Assembly (NCBI GenBank): GCA_949373075.1
Contig: CASIBX010000008.1
Coordinates: forward strand, 985-64,984
From: Candidatus Poseidoniaceae archaeon
GTDB lineage: Archaea > Thermoplasmatota > Poseidoniia > Poseidoniales > Poseidoniaceae
Direction of reading: 5' to 3'
Length of the DNA stretch: 64,000 bases
The notes under the pieces were generated by a model. It saw nothing but the letters and a program-made list of their open reading frames with translations, was not told the origin of the DNA and did no database searches. Positions within the stretch are counted from its first letter, which is position 1, and each line of letters starts with the position of its first letter. A program made the translations under genes and the position numbers. This document shows positions 26,507 through 37,230 of the stretch, in pieces.

Positions 26507-28741
26507 GTGACGCATGTGAGCGGTGAGCATGTCCTTGTTTGTGTTGCCTGGCCATATGCCAACGGGCCCCTGCATTTGGGGCACGTAGCGGGATGTTACC
26601 TACCTCCTGACATTCAAGCCAGATTTGAACGCTCAAGAGGTAACAAGGTGCTTATGGTGTCGGGCTCAGACGAGCATGGAACGCCAATAACGGTTGCAGC
26701 AGAAACACAAGGTGTAAATCCACAGGACATTGTCGACAAGTATCATGCTATGAATTCCAAAGCACTACTAGACCTTGGATGTAGCTGGGAGCCGAATATT
26801 GACCCAAGAGGTGCAGAATACGGTGGTTCTTTATTCAATAGAACTAGCGATCCTGAACATCACCAAATAGTGTCGGACAACTTCTTGTCTCTACTCAATG
26901 CCGGCTTATTCGAAAGAAAGGTAATGCAACAGTATTACGAGATTCGTGAAGACGGCGGGCGCTTCTTACCTGACAGGTATGTGGAAGGCGACTGTCCTAA
27001 TTGCGGTGAGAGTGGCGCTCGTGGAGACCAGTGTGATGAATGCGGCGTAACATATGAAGCTGCAGAACTCCAAAATCCAAAATCCAAAATGAATCCAGAA
27101 TGCGAAATAGAGATACGCGATACTGAACATTTTTTCTATCGCCTAGACTTATTCCAAGAACAATTGGAAAACCATGCTGCTGACAGACAAGATGTATGGA
27201 AATCAAATGTACGTGCAATGACAAAGCAGTGGCTTGACATGGGGCTAAGATCAAGAGCAGTCACTAGAGATCTAGAATGGGGTATTCCTCTTCCACTTGA
27301 AGGCGATGAATGGAACGGAAAGTGCATTTATGTTTGGTTTGAAGCGGTTCAGGGTTACTATTCATGTGCAAAACTTTGGTCTAAGCGTTATGCAGGAACT
27401 GATGATTGGGAAAAGTGGTGGAAGATTTCAGATGATGGCGTCAAACCGCGTCACCTATACTTCTTGGGTAAAGATAACATTCCATTCCATACAGTGATAT
27501 GGCCTTCTTTGATAATGGGTCTCAATCATGCTGCAAAAGGATTAGATTCCCAAGTACCTCCTGCATTGCCAGGCCCTGGTGAATTGAATCTAGCAGACAA
27601 TGTACCTGCCATGGAATATCTAATGCTTGCAGGAGGGCAATTTTCTAAGTCGAGGAAACATGCAGTATGGCTCCCTTCGTTTTTGGAACGTTTCGACCCT
27701 GATACTCTTCGTTATTATTTATCAATCAATATGCCGGAGAATCACGACACTGATTTCAACTGGCCCGATTTTGTTGAAAAAATAAATTCTGAATTAATTG
27801 CCGCATATGGGAATTTCGTACACAGAGTACTAACACTATCAGAAAGACTACCTGGAAGTAGAAAATTATCAACGTTTGAAAATTTAGATTATTGTGAAGA
27901 GCAAATGGGAAAACTGGAGGCTATTCATCTACAAGTAACTACCAGTCTAGAAAGGCACCGATACAAAGAGGCCCTAAGAGGTGTAATGAGTGCATCACAG
28001 TTGGGCAACCAAATGTTACAGGCAGCAACACCATGGAAGTTTTTGAAGGATTTGGATGCAGATGGCGCTGAAGAATCCATGGCTAGGCTTTCATTTGGAT
28101 GGAGAGTTTCACGTTTCATGGCCATCATGACACATCCGTTCTTACCATTTAGTGCTCAAAAATTGTGGGATGCTCTTGGAGAAGAGGGAGATGTTTCGCT
28201 TATCGCATGGGACTCAGCTATTGACTGGGAAGTTGAATTCAAATCTTCGTTAAATAATCCAGAGCCACTGTTCCAAAGACTTGATCTTGAAGAAATACTT
28301 GCTCAAGAAGAATCTTTAGCCAGCGAAAATAATAATTCCAATGACCTTACACATAGCGTGAAGGGTGGTAAAAAGACAAAGAAGGAGGAAATAGAAATGC
28401 CTGAAGGAACAACACATCTTAACTTTGAGACTTTCATGGAAGTTGAGTTAAGAGTAGGGAAAATAACTGAAGTAACAGACCACGATAATGCCGACAAATT
28501 ATTCGTAGTATCGATAGATGACGGTAGCGAAGATGGTCGGACGATTTGTGCAGGGCTAAAGGAGTATTACTCACCTGAGCAGATGGTTGGGAAATCGGTG
28601 GTATTTGTTGCTAATTTGAAACCGAGGAAACTGCGTGGGGTTATGAGTGAAGGTATGATGCTGGCTGCTGATGATGGAAAAGGTGGAGTGAAACTCGTCA
28701 CAATCGATGGCGAAATATCTCCTGGTTCAGAAGTAAGATAG
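26507..28741 (+). CDS. metG: methionyl-tRNA synthetase with C-terminal tRNA-binding (EMAP/Trbp111-like) domain
   Basis: PYANGPLHLGHVAG (HIGH), the CPNCGE...CDECG zinc knuckle, KFSKSRK (KMSKS), and a C-terminal VELRVGKITEV...ICAGL...VVFVANLKPRKLRGVMSEGM OB fold. Confidence 0.95.
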   Translation: MTHVSGEHVLVCVAWPYANGPLHLGHVAGCYLPPDIQARFERSRGNKVLMVSGSDEHGTPITVAAETQGVNPQDIVDKYHAMNSKALLDLGCSWEPNIDPRGAEYGGSLFNRTSDPEHHQIVSDNFLSLLNAGLFERKVMQQYYEIREDGGRFLPDRYVEGDCPNCGESGARGDQCDECGVTYEAAELQNPKSKMNPECEIEIRDTEHFFYRLDLFQEQLENHAADRQDVWKSNVRAMTKQWLDMGLRSRAVTRDLEWGIPLPLEGDEWNGKCIYVWFEAVQGYYSCAKLWSKRYAGTDDWEKWWKISDDGVKPRHLYFLGKDNIPFHTVIWPSLIMGLNHAAKGLDSQVPPALPGPGELNLADNVPAMEYLMLAGGQFSKSRKHAVWLPSFLERFDPDTLRYYLSINMPENHDTDFNWPDFVEKINSELIAAYGNFVHRVLTLSERLPGSRKLSTFENLDYCEEQMGKLEAIHLQVTTSLERHRYKEALRGVMSASQLGNQMLQAATPWKFLKDLDADGAEESMARLSFGWRVSRFMAIMTHPFLPFSAQKLWDALGEEGDVSLIAWDSAIDWEVEFKSSLNNPEPLFQRLDLEEILAQEESLASENNNSNDLTHSVKGGKKTKKEEIEMPEGTTHLNFETFMEVELRVGKITEVTDHDNADKLFVVSIDDGSEDGRTICAGLKEYYSPEQMVGKSVVFVANLKPRKLRGVMSEGMMLAADDGKGGVKLVTIDGEISPGSEVR

Positions 28742-29371
28742 TCAAATCCTATCTTTTACTACATCCATTATTTTGCGAGATAATTTACGAGATTCTTCTA
28801 GGATTTCTGGGGCAGAGCTTCTGATTCCTGCCGCCATATCCTCTGGCAAACTACCAATGTTAATGTCGACATTGAATAGTGCGCCCTTACAGGCAGCACT
28901 AGCCAATAATCCAGCAACCCCTACGTCTGAAACAGCATTGGCATTTCCTTTTGAAGCTAAATCAGGCAGATGCCTTAACAATTCCAAAGCTAGTTTTGCA
29001 GTTTCATGTGGTATTTCAGTAGCGACAAGTGTAGCATTACGTATCGCATTACGCCGTGCATCTTTGTCTTCATCACTATCTTTTGGTAACTTGAATGATG
29101 CCATCACTGCATCAAAAGCATCACTATCCTCGTCGGCTAGTTCACCAGCCCGAGACATAATTCGAACCGATGACGTAAGTGCCTTTTCTGCAATACTCCA
29201 TCCATCTTGCCATTTCTCCTTACCTATTGTTAGATCACATACCATAATTGTCAACGCAGAGGCTTGTCCTAGTGCAATCGCTGCAGCGGTACCTCCGCCT
29301 GGTGTAGGAGAGGATGAGGCTAGAGCGGCTTGAAATTCACGTACAGACATTTCCATCCATGGTGTTTTCAT
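28742..29371 (-). CDS. formimidoyltetrahydrofolate cyclodeaminase (FTCD C-terminal domain family)
   Basis: EFQAALASSSPTPGGGTAAAIALGQASALTIMV is the family signature. ATG 29371 overlaps the upstream stop (ATGA). Confidence 0.85.
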   Translation of the reverse strand: MKTPWMEMSVREFQAALASSSPTPGGGTAAAIALGQASALTIMVCDLTIGKEKWQDGWSIAEKALTSSVRIMSRAGELADEDSDAFDAVMASFKLPKDSDEDKDARRNAIRNATLVATEIPHETAKLALELLRHLPDLASKGNANAVSDVGVAGLLASAACKGALFNVDINIGSLPEDMAAGIRSSAPEILEESRKLSRKIMDVVKDRI

Positions 29372-30399
29372 GATTCCACCCCACTTGCAAGCGCCCATTC
29401 GATTATTCTAGATTCAGATTCAAAGGGTGCGAGATGGTCGAGACCTAATCCGCGAATGGCTGCGTCTACTAATTCAGTCTCATCAGTACATCCCTCGTCC
29501 GCATACCATCTTCCCGAATCTAGCATAGCAGATAGTGGAACTAAGCCCACTAATTCAGAGCCGCATGTATTGATGCCATGATCATTAACAATAGATTTGA
29601 CCGCTTCAAAAGCGATATGCATAGGGGTCACAGAAACATCTCTCAAATTCATTGAAACTTGCGATATTCCGTGTGCGTCTAAAGGAAGGCCCATGCCTTG
29701 TACCATCGGTAACATCCCAGGTATTCTTGTTCTGCGTCCATCCTCTTTCTTCAAGAGTCTTCCAGTGGATCTAACCAATGAACCCGCTTTACGAGCAGCA
29801 GCAGCATCCTTTTCATCAACATTCACATTGTATGCGACTAGAATTTGCCTGGCACCAATAACCACTGCTCCGAATTTCGCAGTATTTTCGTTCCATATTG
29901 TAGGGCCATAATCGGGCAGGTTAGGACCTTGATTCCTCAATCTCTCTTCAAATCCTTCATACTGCCCCTTTCTCAAGTCAGATAGTAATTCTCTTTCTGG
30001 AGTTGCGGCAGCAGCGCCGTAAAGAAATGTACATAATTTGAGTTCAGAAGAAACCCTCTGAGCTAATTTATCCGACATTTTAGCACATTCATCCATAGTC
30101 ACTCCCTCCAGAGGAATAAATGGACAAACATCGACAGCCCCTATACGAGGGTGTTCACCCTTGTGATTTCGCATATCGATGTGTTCAGATGCACATTTGA
30201 TGACTCTGAAAGCGGCTTCAGAAACAGCATCAGGCTCACCCGCTATAGTTAGAACTGTACGATTGTAATCTCCATCTGGTTCAATTCCAAGGACTCTGGC
30301 CCCATCAATACCTCTTCCAGCATCACTAATCATTTTGATTAGGTTCTCGTCTCTGCCCTCTGAGAAATTCGGAACGCACTCAACAATTCTCTTCGCCAT
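29368..30399 (-). CDS. glutamate formimidoyltransferase (FTCD N-terminal domain family)
   Basis: MAKRIVECVPNFSEGRD... is the canonical N-terminus, and the length fits the FT domain. The ATG at 30399 is preferred over 30432. Confidence 0.88.
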   Translation of the reverse strand: MAKRIVECVPNFSEGRDENLIKMISDAGRGIDGARVLGIEPDGDYNRTVLTIAGEPDAVSEAAFRVIKCASEHIDMRNHKGEHPRIGAVDVCPFIPLEGVTMDECAKMSDKLAQRVSSELKLCTFLYGAAAATPERELLSDLRKGQYEGFEERLRNQGPNLPDYGPTIWNENTAKFGAVVIGARQILVAYNVNVDEKDAAAARKAGSLVRSTGRLLKKEDGRRTRIPGMLPMVQGMGLPLDAHGISQVSMNLRDVSVTPMHIAFEAVKSIVNDHGINTCGSELVGLVPLSAMLDSGRWYADEGCTDETELVDAAIRGLGLDHLAPFESESRIIEWALASGVES

Positions 30400-30441
30400 A
30401 TTGCAAATTGCGAATCGACGACTGATGAACATTACCTAGAA

Positions 30442-31662
30442 TCAGCCATACAATGCATCAGGACTAGATGATAGTCCATTTGATTCACGCTTCTTTTTAA
30501 TCCTGTCAACAGCATGTAAAATGTCTTCTTGCATTACTTTCGAGCGGTTATCTCTAATCGCTATCATTCCTGCTTCAACAGTTGTTGCCTTTAGTTCAGC
30601 ACCGCTAAAACCTTCAGTCAATTCTACGATTTTAGCAACATTAATTCTCGATGTCGACATCTTTTTGAAGTGTATAGAAAGAATAGTTTTTCGGCCAGTA
30701 TCATCTGGAAGTGGAATCTCAATAATACGATCAAACCTACCTGGCCTCAATAGCGCATCATCAAGGATGTCAGGGCGATTTGTCGCTGCAATTATCTTAA
30801 CGTCTTCCAAGGAATCAAATCCATCTAGCTCCGCTAATAGTTGCATAAGGGTACGTTGTACTTCTCTATCGCCGCTTGTTGCTGAATCGAGTCTTTTAGC
30901 CCCAATTGCATCAATCTCATCAAGGAAAATAATCGATGGGGATTTATCTTTTGCCAGCGAAAACAATTCTCTGACCATACGCCCACCCTCTCCTATGTAT
31001 TTCTGCGCCAATTCCGAGCCAACCATACGGATGAAGGATGCATTAGTATGGCTAGCAACAGCCTTGGCCAACATTGTCTTGCCACACCCTGGCGGTCCGA
31101 CTAAGAGTATACCCTTTGGGGGTTCAATCCCAACCTTCCTGAACAATTCAGGCTTTTCGAGTGGTAATTCAATAGCCTCACGGACCTGTAAAATCTGTTC
31201 ATCCAATCCACCAACACTCTCGTAAGTGGTATTTGGTTTCTCCATCACTTCTGCACCAGATACCATCGGATCCCAGGCGTCATGTAGGATTTCAATAATC
31301 GACAATGTATCTTGGTTTAGTGCAATACGAGTACCCGGGCGTAATTTATCGACATCTAGTCTTTGGTTAATCGATACTTGAAACACCGTACCATTAGATG
31401 AGCGTACAATTGCCCTTTCATCATCCAAAATATCTTGAAGATGACCAACTATCAGTGGTGGGCTCTTTAGGATTCTTACTTCTTCATCTAATCTACTTGC
31501 TCGTTTTTTAATATTAGCAAGGTCATTTTCTAAATGTACGCGCTCAGATAACAGCCTCTGAGCCTCGTCCTGTAATTCCTTGTAATCCTTCTCCAAGGCT
31601 TTCAAATCCGAATCGTCAGAAACCAATGGTTCTGATGCGCCGCTGTCAACTTCGGTTCCCAT
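30442..31662 (-). CDS. pan: proteasome-activating nucleotidase PAN (AAA+ ATPase)
   Basis: N-terminal coiled coil, an OB segment, GPPGCGKTMLAKAVA (Walker A), IIFLDEIDA (Walker B), and the second region of homology. Confidence 0.95.
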   Translation of the reverse strand: MGTEVDSGASEPLVSDDSDLKALEKDYKELQDEAQRLLSERVHLENDLANIKKRASRLDEEVRILKSPPLIVGHLQDILDDERAIVRSSNGTVFQVSINQRLDVDKLRPGTRIALNQDTLSIIEILHDAWDPMVSGAEVMEKPNTTYESVGGLDEQILQVREAIELPLEKPELFRKVGIEPPKGILLVGPPGCGKTMLAKAVASHTNASFIRMVGSELAQKYIGEGGRMVRELFSLAKDKSPSIIFLDEIDAIGAKRLDSATSGDREVQRTLMQLLAELDGFDSLEDVKIIAATNRPDILDDALLRPGRFDRIIEIPLPDDTGRKTILSIHFKKMSTSRINVAKIVELTEGFSGAELKATTVEAGMIAIRDNRSKVMQEDILHAVDRIKKKRESNGLSSSPDALYG

Positions 31663-31771
31663 ATTGTAAGTCCTACAGCCGTCCTTCTTGAAATATCCGT
31701 GTATATTGCATCGATTCTGTCTTTACGAAGCCTTGATGAAGCACCGCCGTGACAACGGCTCGGGTGGCATT

Positions 31772-32272
31772 ATGGCTGACTGTGAATTGTGTGGAGCGAT
31801 GAAGGTTGGAACGATTAATGTCATGATGGGTAAAGCTCAGGTGCAAGCCTGTAAACGCTGTTCTGACAAGATGGGACTTGAACCGAAAAAGATGGCACCT
31901 GGCCTCTCACAAGCACGTTCCAGCCCTAGCCCGACATCAGGTGGCTACGGCGGTATTGGGCGTAAAGGTAAGGACATCATGCTAAGGGGCGAAAAAGAGT
32001 TAGCCTCTGATTTCTCAAGAAGAGTATCAACTGCCAGGACTGATAAGGGCTGGGACAAACGTGAATTAGCACGTCGGATGGCTGAAAAAATCAATATCAT
32101 TAACAATGTCGAATCTGGTAAAAGACCAACAGATGCTGTAATTAGAAAATTAGAGAGGGCACTAGACATTACGCTGATGGTTGATGCAAGTCCTGATGAA
32201 AACCGACATATCAATTCAGGTGATGGCAGGGGCCTTACATTGGGCGATTTCCTACTTGACGGTAAGGATTGA
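31772..32272 (+). CDS. archaeal multiprotein-bridging factor 1 (aMBF1): zinc ribbon plus XRE-type HTH
   Basis: MADCELCG...CKRC, then GWDKRELARRMAEKINIINNVESGKRPTDAVIRKLERAL. Confidence 0.85.
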   Translation: MADCELCGAMKVGTINVMMGKAQVQACKRCSDKMGLEPKKMAPGLSQARSSPSPTSGGYGGIGRKGKDIMLRGEKELASDFSRRVSTARTDKGWDKRELARRMAEKINIINNVESGKRPTDAVIRKLERALDITLMVDASPDENRHINSGDGRGLTLGDFLLDGKD

Positions 32273-32276
32273 TACT

Positions 32277-32822
32277 ATGCGCAATGTAATACCAGTACAT
32301 GCAATATGGCTGGCGCAAGATGACCCTAAGAAAAATACAGCCGTGAGATTATCCAAGAGAGGAGATCTCAAACTGCATGAGAAATTCAACAAATTGCCAA
32401 GACGTGGAATAATACTGGAGCCACTTTGTGGTAAGGTTCTGGGTCCCGAAGACCATGGTTTACTGCTAGAACAGGGAGGTTCTTTGGTCGGATTAGATTG
32501 TTCATGGGCGCACATAGAAGATTCTGTATCACAAGTCATGAAGAAAACTAATCTCCAAGGGAGGATGTTACCCTTGCTATTGGCTGCTAATCCGGTGAAT
32601 TGGGGGAAGCCTGGTAAAATGACTACTGCGGAGGCCCTTTCTGCATCATTATATTTGATTGGGAAAGAAGAGCAAGCTAGGAAGTTGCTGTCTGCATTTA
32701 GATGGGGTGAACAATTTTTCATATTGAATAAAGAGCCACTAGATGCGTACAGTGCTGCTAAATCTTCCAAAGAGCTAGTCGAACTTCAGTTCGAATTCTT
32801 TGATATCGAGAGACCTGAGTGA
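32277..32822 (+). CDS. tsr3: 16S rRNA aminocarboxypropyltransferase Tsr3 (DUF367)
   Basis: DDPKKNTAVRL...LDCSW...LLAANPVNWGKPGKMTTAEALSASLYLIG...WGEQF matches the Tsr3 consensus. Confidence 0.85.
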   Translation: MRNVIPVHAIWLAQDDPKKNTAVRLSKRGDLKLHEKFNKLPRRGIILEPLCGKVLGPEDHGLLLEQGGSLVGLDCSWAHIEDSVSQVMKKTNLQGRMLPLLLAANPVNWGKPGKMTTAEALSASLYLIGKEEQARKLLSAFRWGEQFFILNKEPLDAYSAAKSSKELVELQFEFFDIERPE

Positions 32823-32873
32823 GAGAGTTCTGTGATGCCAAGGAATATGGAGTGGTGACTTCGTAATTACATC

Positions 32874-33605
32874 ATGGTAAAGCGGCCGATTCACCGCCTA
32901 TCGTCTAATGGACCAATCCCCGAACTCGATGAACTCGCTGAAGAATCAATCATTACGATTCGTACAGAAGATGAAACCGTGGTCCGTTTACTTGCATCTC
33001 CATTTGACCTAGGAGACTTAGCGCAAGGGCACATTACATGTGAAGGCCGGGGGGAAGTCGAGAAAATCATTGTTGACGGGACTGATGTGAAAATTACAGG
33101 TAACGTCCAGCCGAGGCCTAGTGAAGACCTACTTACTGCAGCATGTGGTGCTTGTACTACTGGTGATATTGAAGTCCCAAGGAATATAGTATCCAACACG
33201 GTAAAACTGAATTCAAACATCTCAAAGATGATGAATGACATGAAAGAAAATCAACCTTGGTTCAAAGTCACAGGTGGCATGCATGCTGCAGCATTATTCG
33301 ATGAGAATGGTGACTTGCTAATATTGCGAGAAGATGTTGGCAGGCATAATGCGGTTGACAAAGTGATTGGAGGAGCTATTCGTAATGGAATTTCTAGCCG
33401 CATAATGGGCCTTTCAGGGCGAATAGGTTGGGAATTGGTTGCGAAAGCAGTGAGGGCAGATGTGGAATTAGTTATTGCTGTAGGAGCTATAAGTTCCGCA
33501 GCGGAGCATTTAGCCCGGAGTGCCGGATTGACTTTGGTCGGGTTCGCTGCTAGTGAAACTCCGTCTGTTGTAGGCCCTTTGAGCCGCATCATTGACAAGC
33601 CTTGA
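32874..33605 (+). CDS. fdhD: formate dehydrogenase accessory sulfurtransferase FdhD
   Basis: TGGMHAAALFDENGDLLILREDVGRHNAVDKVIG is the FdhD signature. Confidence 0.88.
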   Translation: MVKRPIHRLSSNGPIPELDELAEESIITIRTEDETVVRLLASPFDLGDLAQGHITCEGRGEVEKIIVDGTDVKITGNVQPRPSEDLLTAACGACTTGDIEVPRNIVSNTVKLNSNISKMMNDMKENQPWFKVTGGMHAAALFDENGDLLILREDVGRHNAVDKVIGGAIRNGISSRIMGLSGRIGWELVAKAVRADVELVIAVGAISSAAEHLARSAGLTLVGFAASETPSVVGPLSRIIDKP

Positions 33606-33621
33606 GCGAACCGCTAACATA

Positions 33622-35913
33622 ATGTCGAGCAGAGAAGATGCGAGAGCAGTTACTCCGCCCGACAACACTCCATTGAAAATAAAGAAGCCCAAATCAATTG
33701 CAGCAGGCATCCCAGCAGCTAATTCCTCTCTGATACATGGGATTAAGAAAATGGGTGTTACCAAGACTATCAAGACCTTGATTACTGTAAACCAGCCAGA
33801 CGGTTTCGATTGCCCAGGATGTGCATGGCCAGACCCTGAACACGCTTCTGCATTCGAGTTCTGTGAAAATGGCGCTAAGGCAGTAGCCGATGAAGCAACA
33901 AGGTCCAGAGTGACACCTGATTTCTTCGCAAAAAATAGTGTTCAGGATTTATCTGAAAAGAGTGACTTTTGGTTAAACAAACAGGGCAGGATAACTCATC
34001 CAATGATCCTCAAACCTGGGCAGAATCACTACGAAGAGATTTCATGGAAGGATGCTTTCGAAATGGTTGCTGAAAATATTTCCACAAGTGACAACCCAGA
34101 CCGTTCTGTATTCTATACATCGGGACGCACATCTAATGAAGCCGCTTTTTTGTATCAATTATTTGCTAGAACATTAGGTACAAACAATATGCCAGATTGC
34201 TCAAACATGTGCCATGAATCTAGTGGTAAAGGTCTTGGGGAGACTATCGGTATAGGGAAGGGAACTGTGAGTTTAGAAGATTTTAACCATTCAGAATTTA
34301 TTTTGGTTGTAGGCCAAAACCCGGGGACCAATCACCCCCGTATGCTCACCGCCTTAAGAGACGCTAAACGTAATGGTGCGAAAATAATCCATGTTAATCC
34401 ATTACCCGAAACTGGTTTAGTGAGATTCAAACATCCTCAAGATTACATGAAATTGTCATTTGGTAGCGAAGCATTAGCAGATATGCATTTGCAGGTGAAG
34501 ATTGGTGGCGATGCTGCCTTGATGCACGGGCTAATGAAAGTCCAACTCGAATTAGATGCATTAGACCATGAGTTTATCGAAACATCAACTATTGGATTTG
34601 ACAAACTAATTGAAAATATACGCAGTACTAGTTGGAAATGCATCGAAGACGATTCTGGATTAACTAGATTCCAAATTGAGAAGGCAGGTAGGATGATGTC
34701 GAAGTCCAAGGCATCAATTGCATGCTGGGCTATGGGATTAACTCAACACAAAAACGGAGTTGCGGTAATCCAAGAAGTAAGTAATCTAATGCTAATGGGC
34801 GGACACATCGGCAAAAAAGGTGCAGGTTTGTGCCCTGTTCGAGGCCATTCAAATGTCCAAGGCGATCGTACAGTTGGAATATGGGAAAGGCCTAGTGAAC
34901 AGTTCCTTGCGAGATTAGACGCTGCCTGCGGAATAACTAGCCCTAGGGAACACGGGGTAGATGTTGTAGAAGCAATAACTAAGATGCAAGAAGGTGAAGT
35001 CGACTTGTTTTTCTGCATGGGTGGTAACTTCATATCAGCAACACCAGATACACTAGCAACTGCTATTGGATTAAGAAATGTTAAATTGACAGTTCAGGTT
35101 TCAACTAAGTTGAATCGCTCGCACCTTGTTACAGGCGATACTGCCTTGATATTACCGTGCCTTGGTCGAACAGAGCTAGACGTTCAAAAATCTGGCAAAC
35201 AATTCGTAACTGTAGAAAACTCAATGGGTATTGTTCATACTTCAAAAGGTGGCTTAAACCCTGCAAGCAAACATCTTCGCAGTGAACCATGGATTGTTGC
35301 TTCTATGGCCACAGCTGTATTGAATGATGATCGAGACTGGATGGAATTTGCTCTTGATTATGATAATATTCGTTCACTTATGAGTGAAGCATTAGCTGGT
35401 TTTGATGATTACAATGAACGCGTCAGGAGTCCTAATGGATTCGCCCTGCCCAATCCACCAAGGGACTCACGTTCGTTTAATACTCCAGATGGTAAGGCCC
35501 ATTTTGTCAGCCATGAATTACCCGATGTTACAATTCCAAAGGACCGTTTTATCATGATGACCATTCGATCTCACGACCAATACAATACCACCATTTATGA
35601 TTTGCACGACAGGTATCGTGGTATTCATGGGAATAGGCGTGTTGTATTGATGAATGCTCAAGACATGTCAGATAGGGGATGGAAGACACGGCACATAGTA
35701 GACATAATATCTCATTTCGAAGGTAAAGAAAGGCGTAGTGATGGTTGGCAATTAGTAGCTTATGACATCCCTAAAGGGAACATTGCAACATACTTCCCTG
35801 AGGCGAATGTTTTGGTCCCATTGGAATCTACCGCTGTCAAATCTAATACTCCGACTTCAAAATGGATTGAATGTAGCCTTCACGATCCAGGCACTGCACT
35901 TTCCGAGGAATAA
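33622..35913 (+). CDS. molybdopterin oxidoreductase, FdhF/YdeP family
   Basis: NQPDGFDCPGCAWPDP N-terminal Cys motif typical of YdeP-like enzymes. About 760 aa and adjacent to fdhD. Confidence 0.8.
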   Translation: MSSREDARAVTPPDNTPLKIKKPKSIAAGIPAANSSLIHGIKKMGVTKTIKTLITVNQPDGFDCPGCAWPDPEHASAFEFCENGAKAVADEATRSRVTPDFFAKNSVQDLSEKSDFWLNKQGRITHPMILKPGQNHYEEISWKDAFEMVAENISTSDNPDRSVFYTSGRTSNEAAFLYQLFARTLGTNNMPDCSNMCHESSGKGLGETIGIGKGTVSLEDFNHSEFILVVGQNPGTNHPRMLTALRDAKRNGAKIIHVNPLPETGLVRFKHPQDYMKLSFGSEALADMHLQVKIGGDAALMHGLMKVQLELDALDHEFIETSTIGFDKLIENIRSTSWKCIEDDSGLTRFQIEKAGRMMSKSKASIACWAMGLTQHKNGVAVIQEVSNLMLMGGHIGKKGAGLCPVRGHSNVQGDRTVGIWERPSEQFLARLDAACGITSPREHGVDVVEAITKMQEGEVDLFFCMGGNFISATPDTLATAIGLRNVKLTVQVSTKLNRSHLVTGDTALILPCLGRTELDVQKSGKQFVTVENSMGIVHTSKGGLNPASKHLRSEPWIVASMATAVLNDDRDWMEFALDYDNIRSLMSEALAGFDDYNERVRSPNGFALPNPPRDSRSFNTPDGKAHFVSHELPDVTIPKDRFIMMTIRSHDQYNTTIYDLHDRYRGIHGNRRVVLMNAQDMSDRGWKTRHIVDIISHFEGKERRSDGWQLVAYDIPKGNIATYFPEANVLVPLESTAVKSNTPTSKWIECSLHDPGTALSEE

Positions 35914-35917
35914 TCGC

Positions 35918-37171
35918 ATGAAAGAAATCGGTTATTTGGAACTCTTGAAAAAGAATTCAAAGTTCAGGACATTCTGGGCTGCAGGCGTAATATCGATGAT
36001 GGGTGAATGGTTCAACACAATCGCTTTATTCACATTGATTTTGAAATATTCTGGCTCTGAAGCAATGCTTGGACTGCTATTTACAATCAGAATGCTAGGT
36101 TTTGCTGTGTTGCAACCAATTACTGGATTGTTAGCAGATAGATGGTCAAGAAAATGGATAATGGTTGTTACTAACCTCGCCCAAGTTGGCCTTGCTTTGT
36201 GTTTCCTAATGGTAAATGGCCCTGAAGATATTTGGTGGCTTATGGGTCTGTCTGGTGTTATGATGGTACTACACGGGGGATACATGACTGCTGAACGTTC
36301 AGCATTACCTAACATAGTCGAAGAACATGAGTTGGCTACTGCAAATGCCCTAGACGCAGCAACATGGTCTACCGCACTAGCAACAGGGGCTTTCCTTGGC
36401 GGATTAGTTGTAGCGCAGTACGGCACTGATGTCGCTTTCATTGTAGATTCAATTACATTCCTAGTAGGGGCTCTAATTTTGCTTCCGCTCACAGTTCCAC
36501 AAAATGTCAGCAGCGATATGAAAGGTCCAATATTCAAAACTGCTTTTTCCAATATCAAGGCCGGTTTTGTTCGATTAATTAGTGAGCCTAGATTGAAGAG
36601 AATTGTATTTGCTAAGACTACATGGAACCTTGCAGGCGGTGGATTAGCAGCGGTGTTCTTAGTTGTTGCAGGCTCTAGAATGTCACCAGGTGAAATGGCT
36701 GCAGGTATCGGCCTATTTTTCATGGCGAGAGGCATAGGGACTGGAATTGGCCCGATTATTGCTAGAAAATACTTGGTAGATAAAAATAAGTGGCCAGCTT
36801 TAGTTGGAATACTGGTTTCTGTATCTGGGTTTTTCTATCTCCTGATTGGCCTTACATTGTTCGAAAACCTGTACTTGACAATGTTTTTGATCATACTTGC
36901 GCATGCAGCAAGTGGTGCTAATTGGGTCCTATCGACAATCCTTACTCAACAGTGGGTTGAGGATGAAATGCGTGGTAGAGTATTCAGTATTGACATGCTG
37001 TTGATGGCAATATCGTTCAGCACAAGCACATATGTTGCAGGATGGCTTCGAGATAATACCGATATGGCACTGGATACAGGAATGATTTGGTTTGCGTGTG
37101 CTATGATTGCTTTTGGCATCATATTCACATTATGGCGACCGGATAATAATCCAAAGAATATAATCGTTTAA
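35918..37171 (+). CDS. MFS transporter
   Basis: 12 predicted hydrophobic helices and GLLADRWSRKW (the MFS loop 2-3 motif). The ATG at 35918 sits just after the upstream stop. Confidence 0.8.
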   Translation: MKEIGYLELLKKNSKFRTFWAAGVISMMGEWFNTIALFTLILKYSGSEAMLGLLFTIRMLGFAVLQPITGLLADRWSRKWIMVVTNLAQVGLALCFLMVNGPEDIWWLMGLSGVMMVLHGGYMTAERSALPNIVEEHELATANALDAATWSTALATGAFLGGLVVAQYGTDVAFIVDSITFLVGALILLPLTVPQNVSSDMKGPIFKTAFSNIKAGFVRLISEPRLKRIVFAKTTWNLAGGGLAAVFLVVAGSRMSPGEMAAGIGLFFMARGIGTGIGPIIARKYLVDKNKWPALVGILVSVSGFFYLLIGLTLFENLYLTMFLIILAHAASGANWVLSTILTQQWVEDEMRGRVFSIDMLLMAISFSTSTYVAGWLRDNTDMALDTGMIWFACAMIAFGIIFTLWRPDNNPKNIIV

Positions 37172-37230
37172 CGTAAATTATGCTGAATAGTTACAACAAT
37201 CCATAAGGCCGAGTTTACACACCGATTAAC

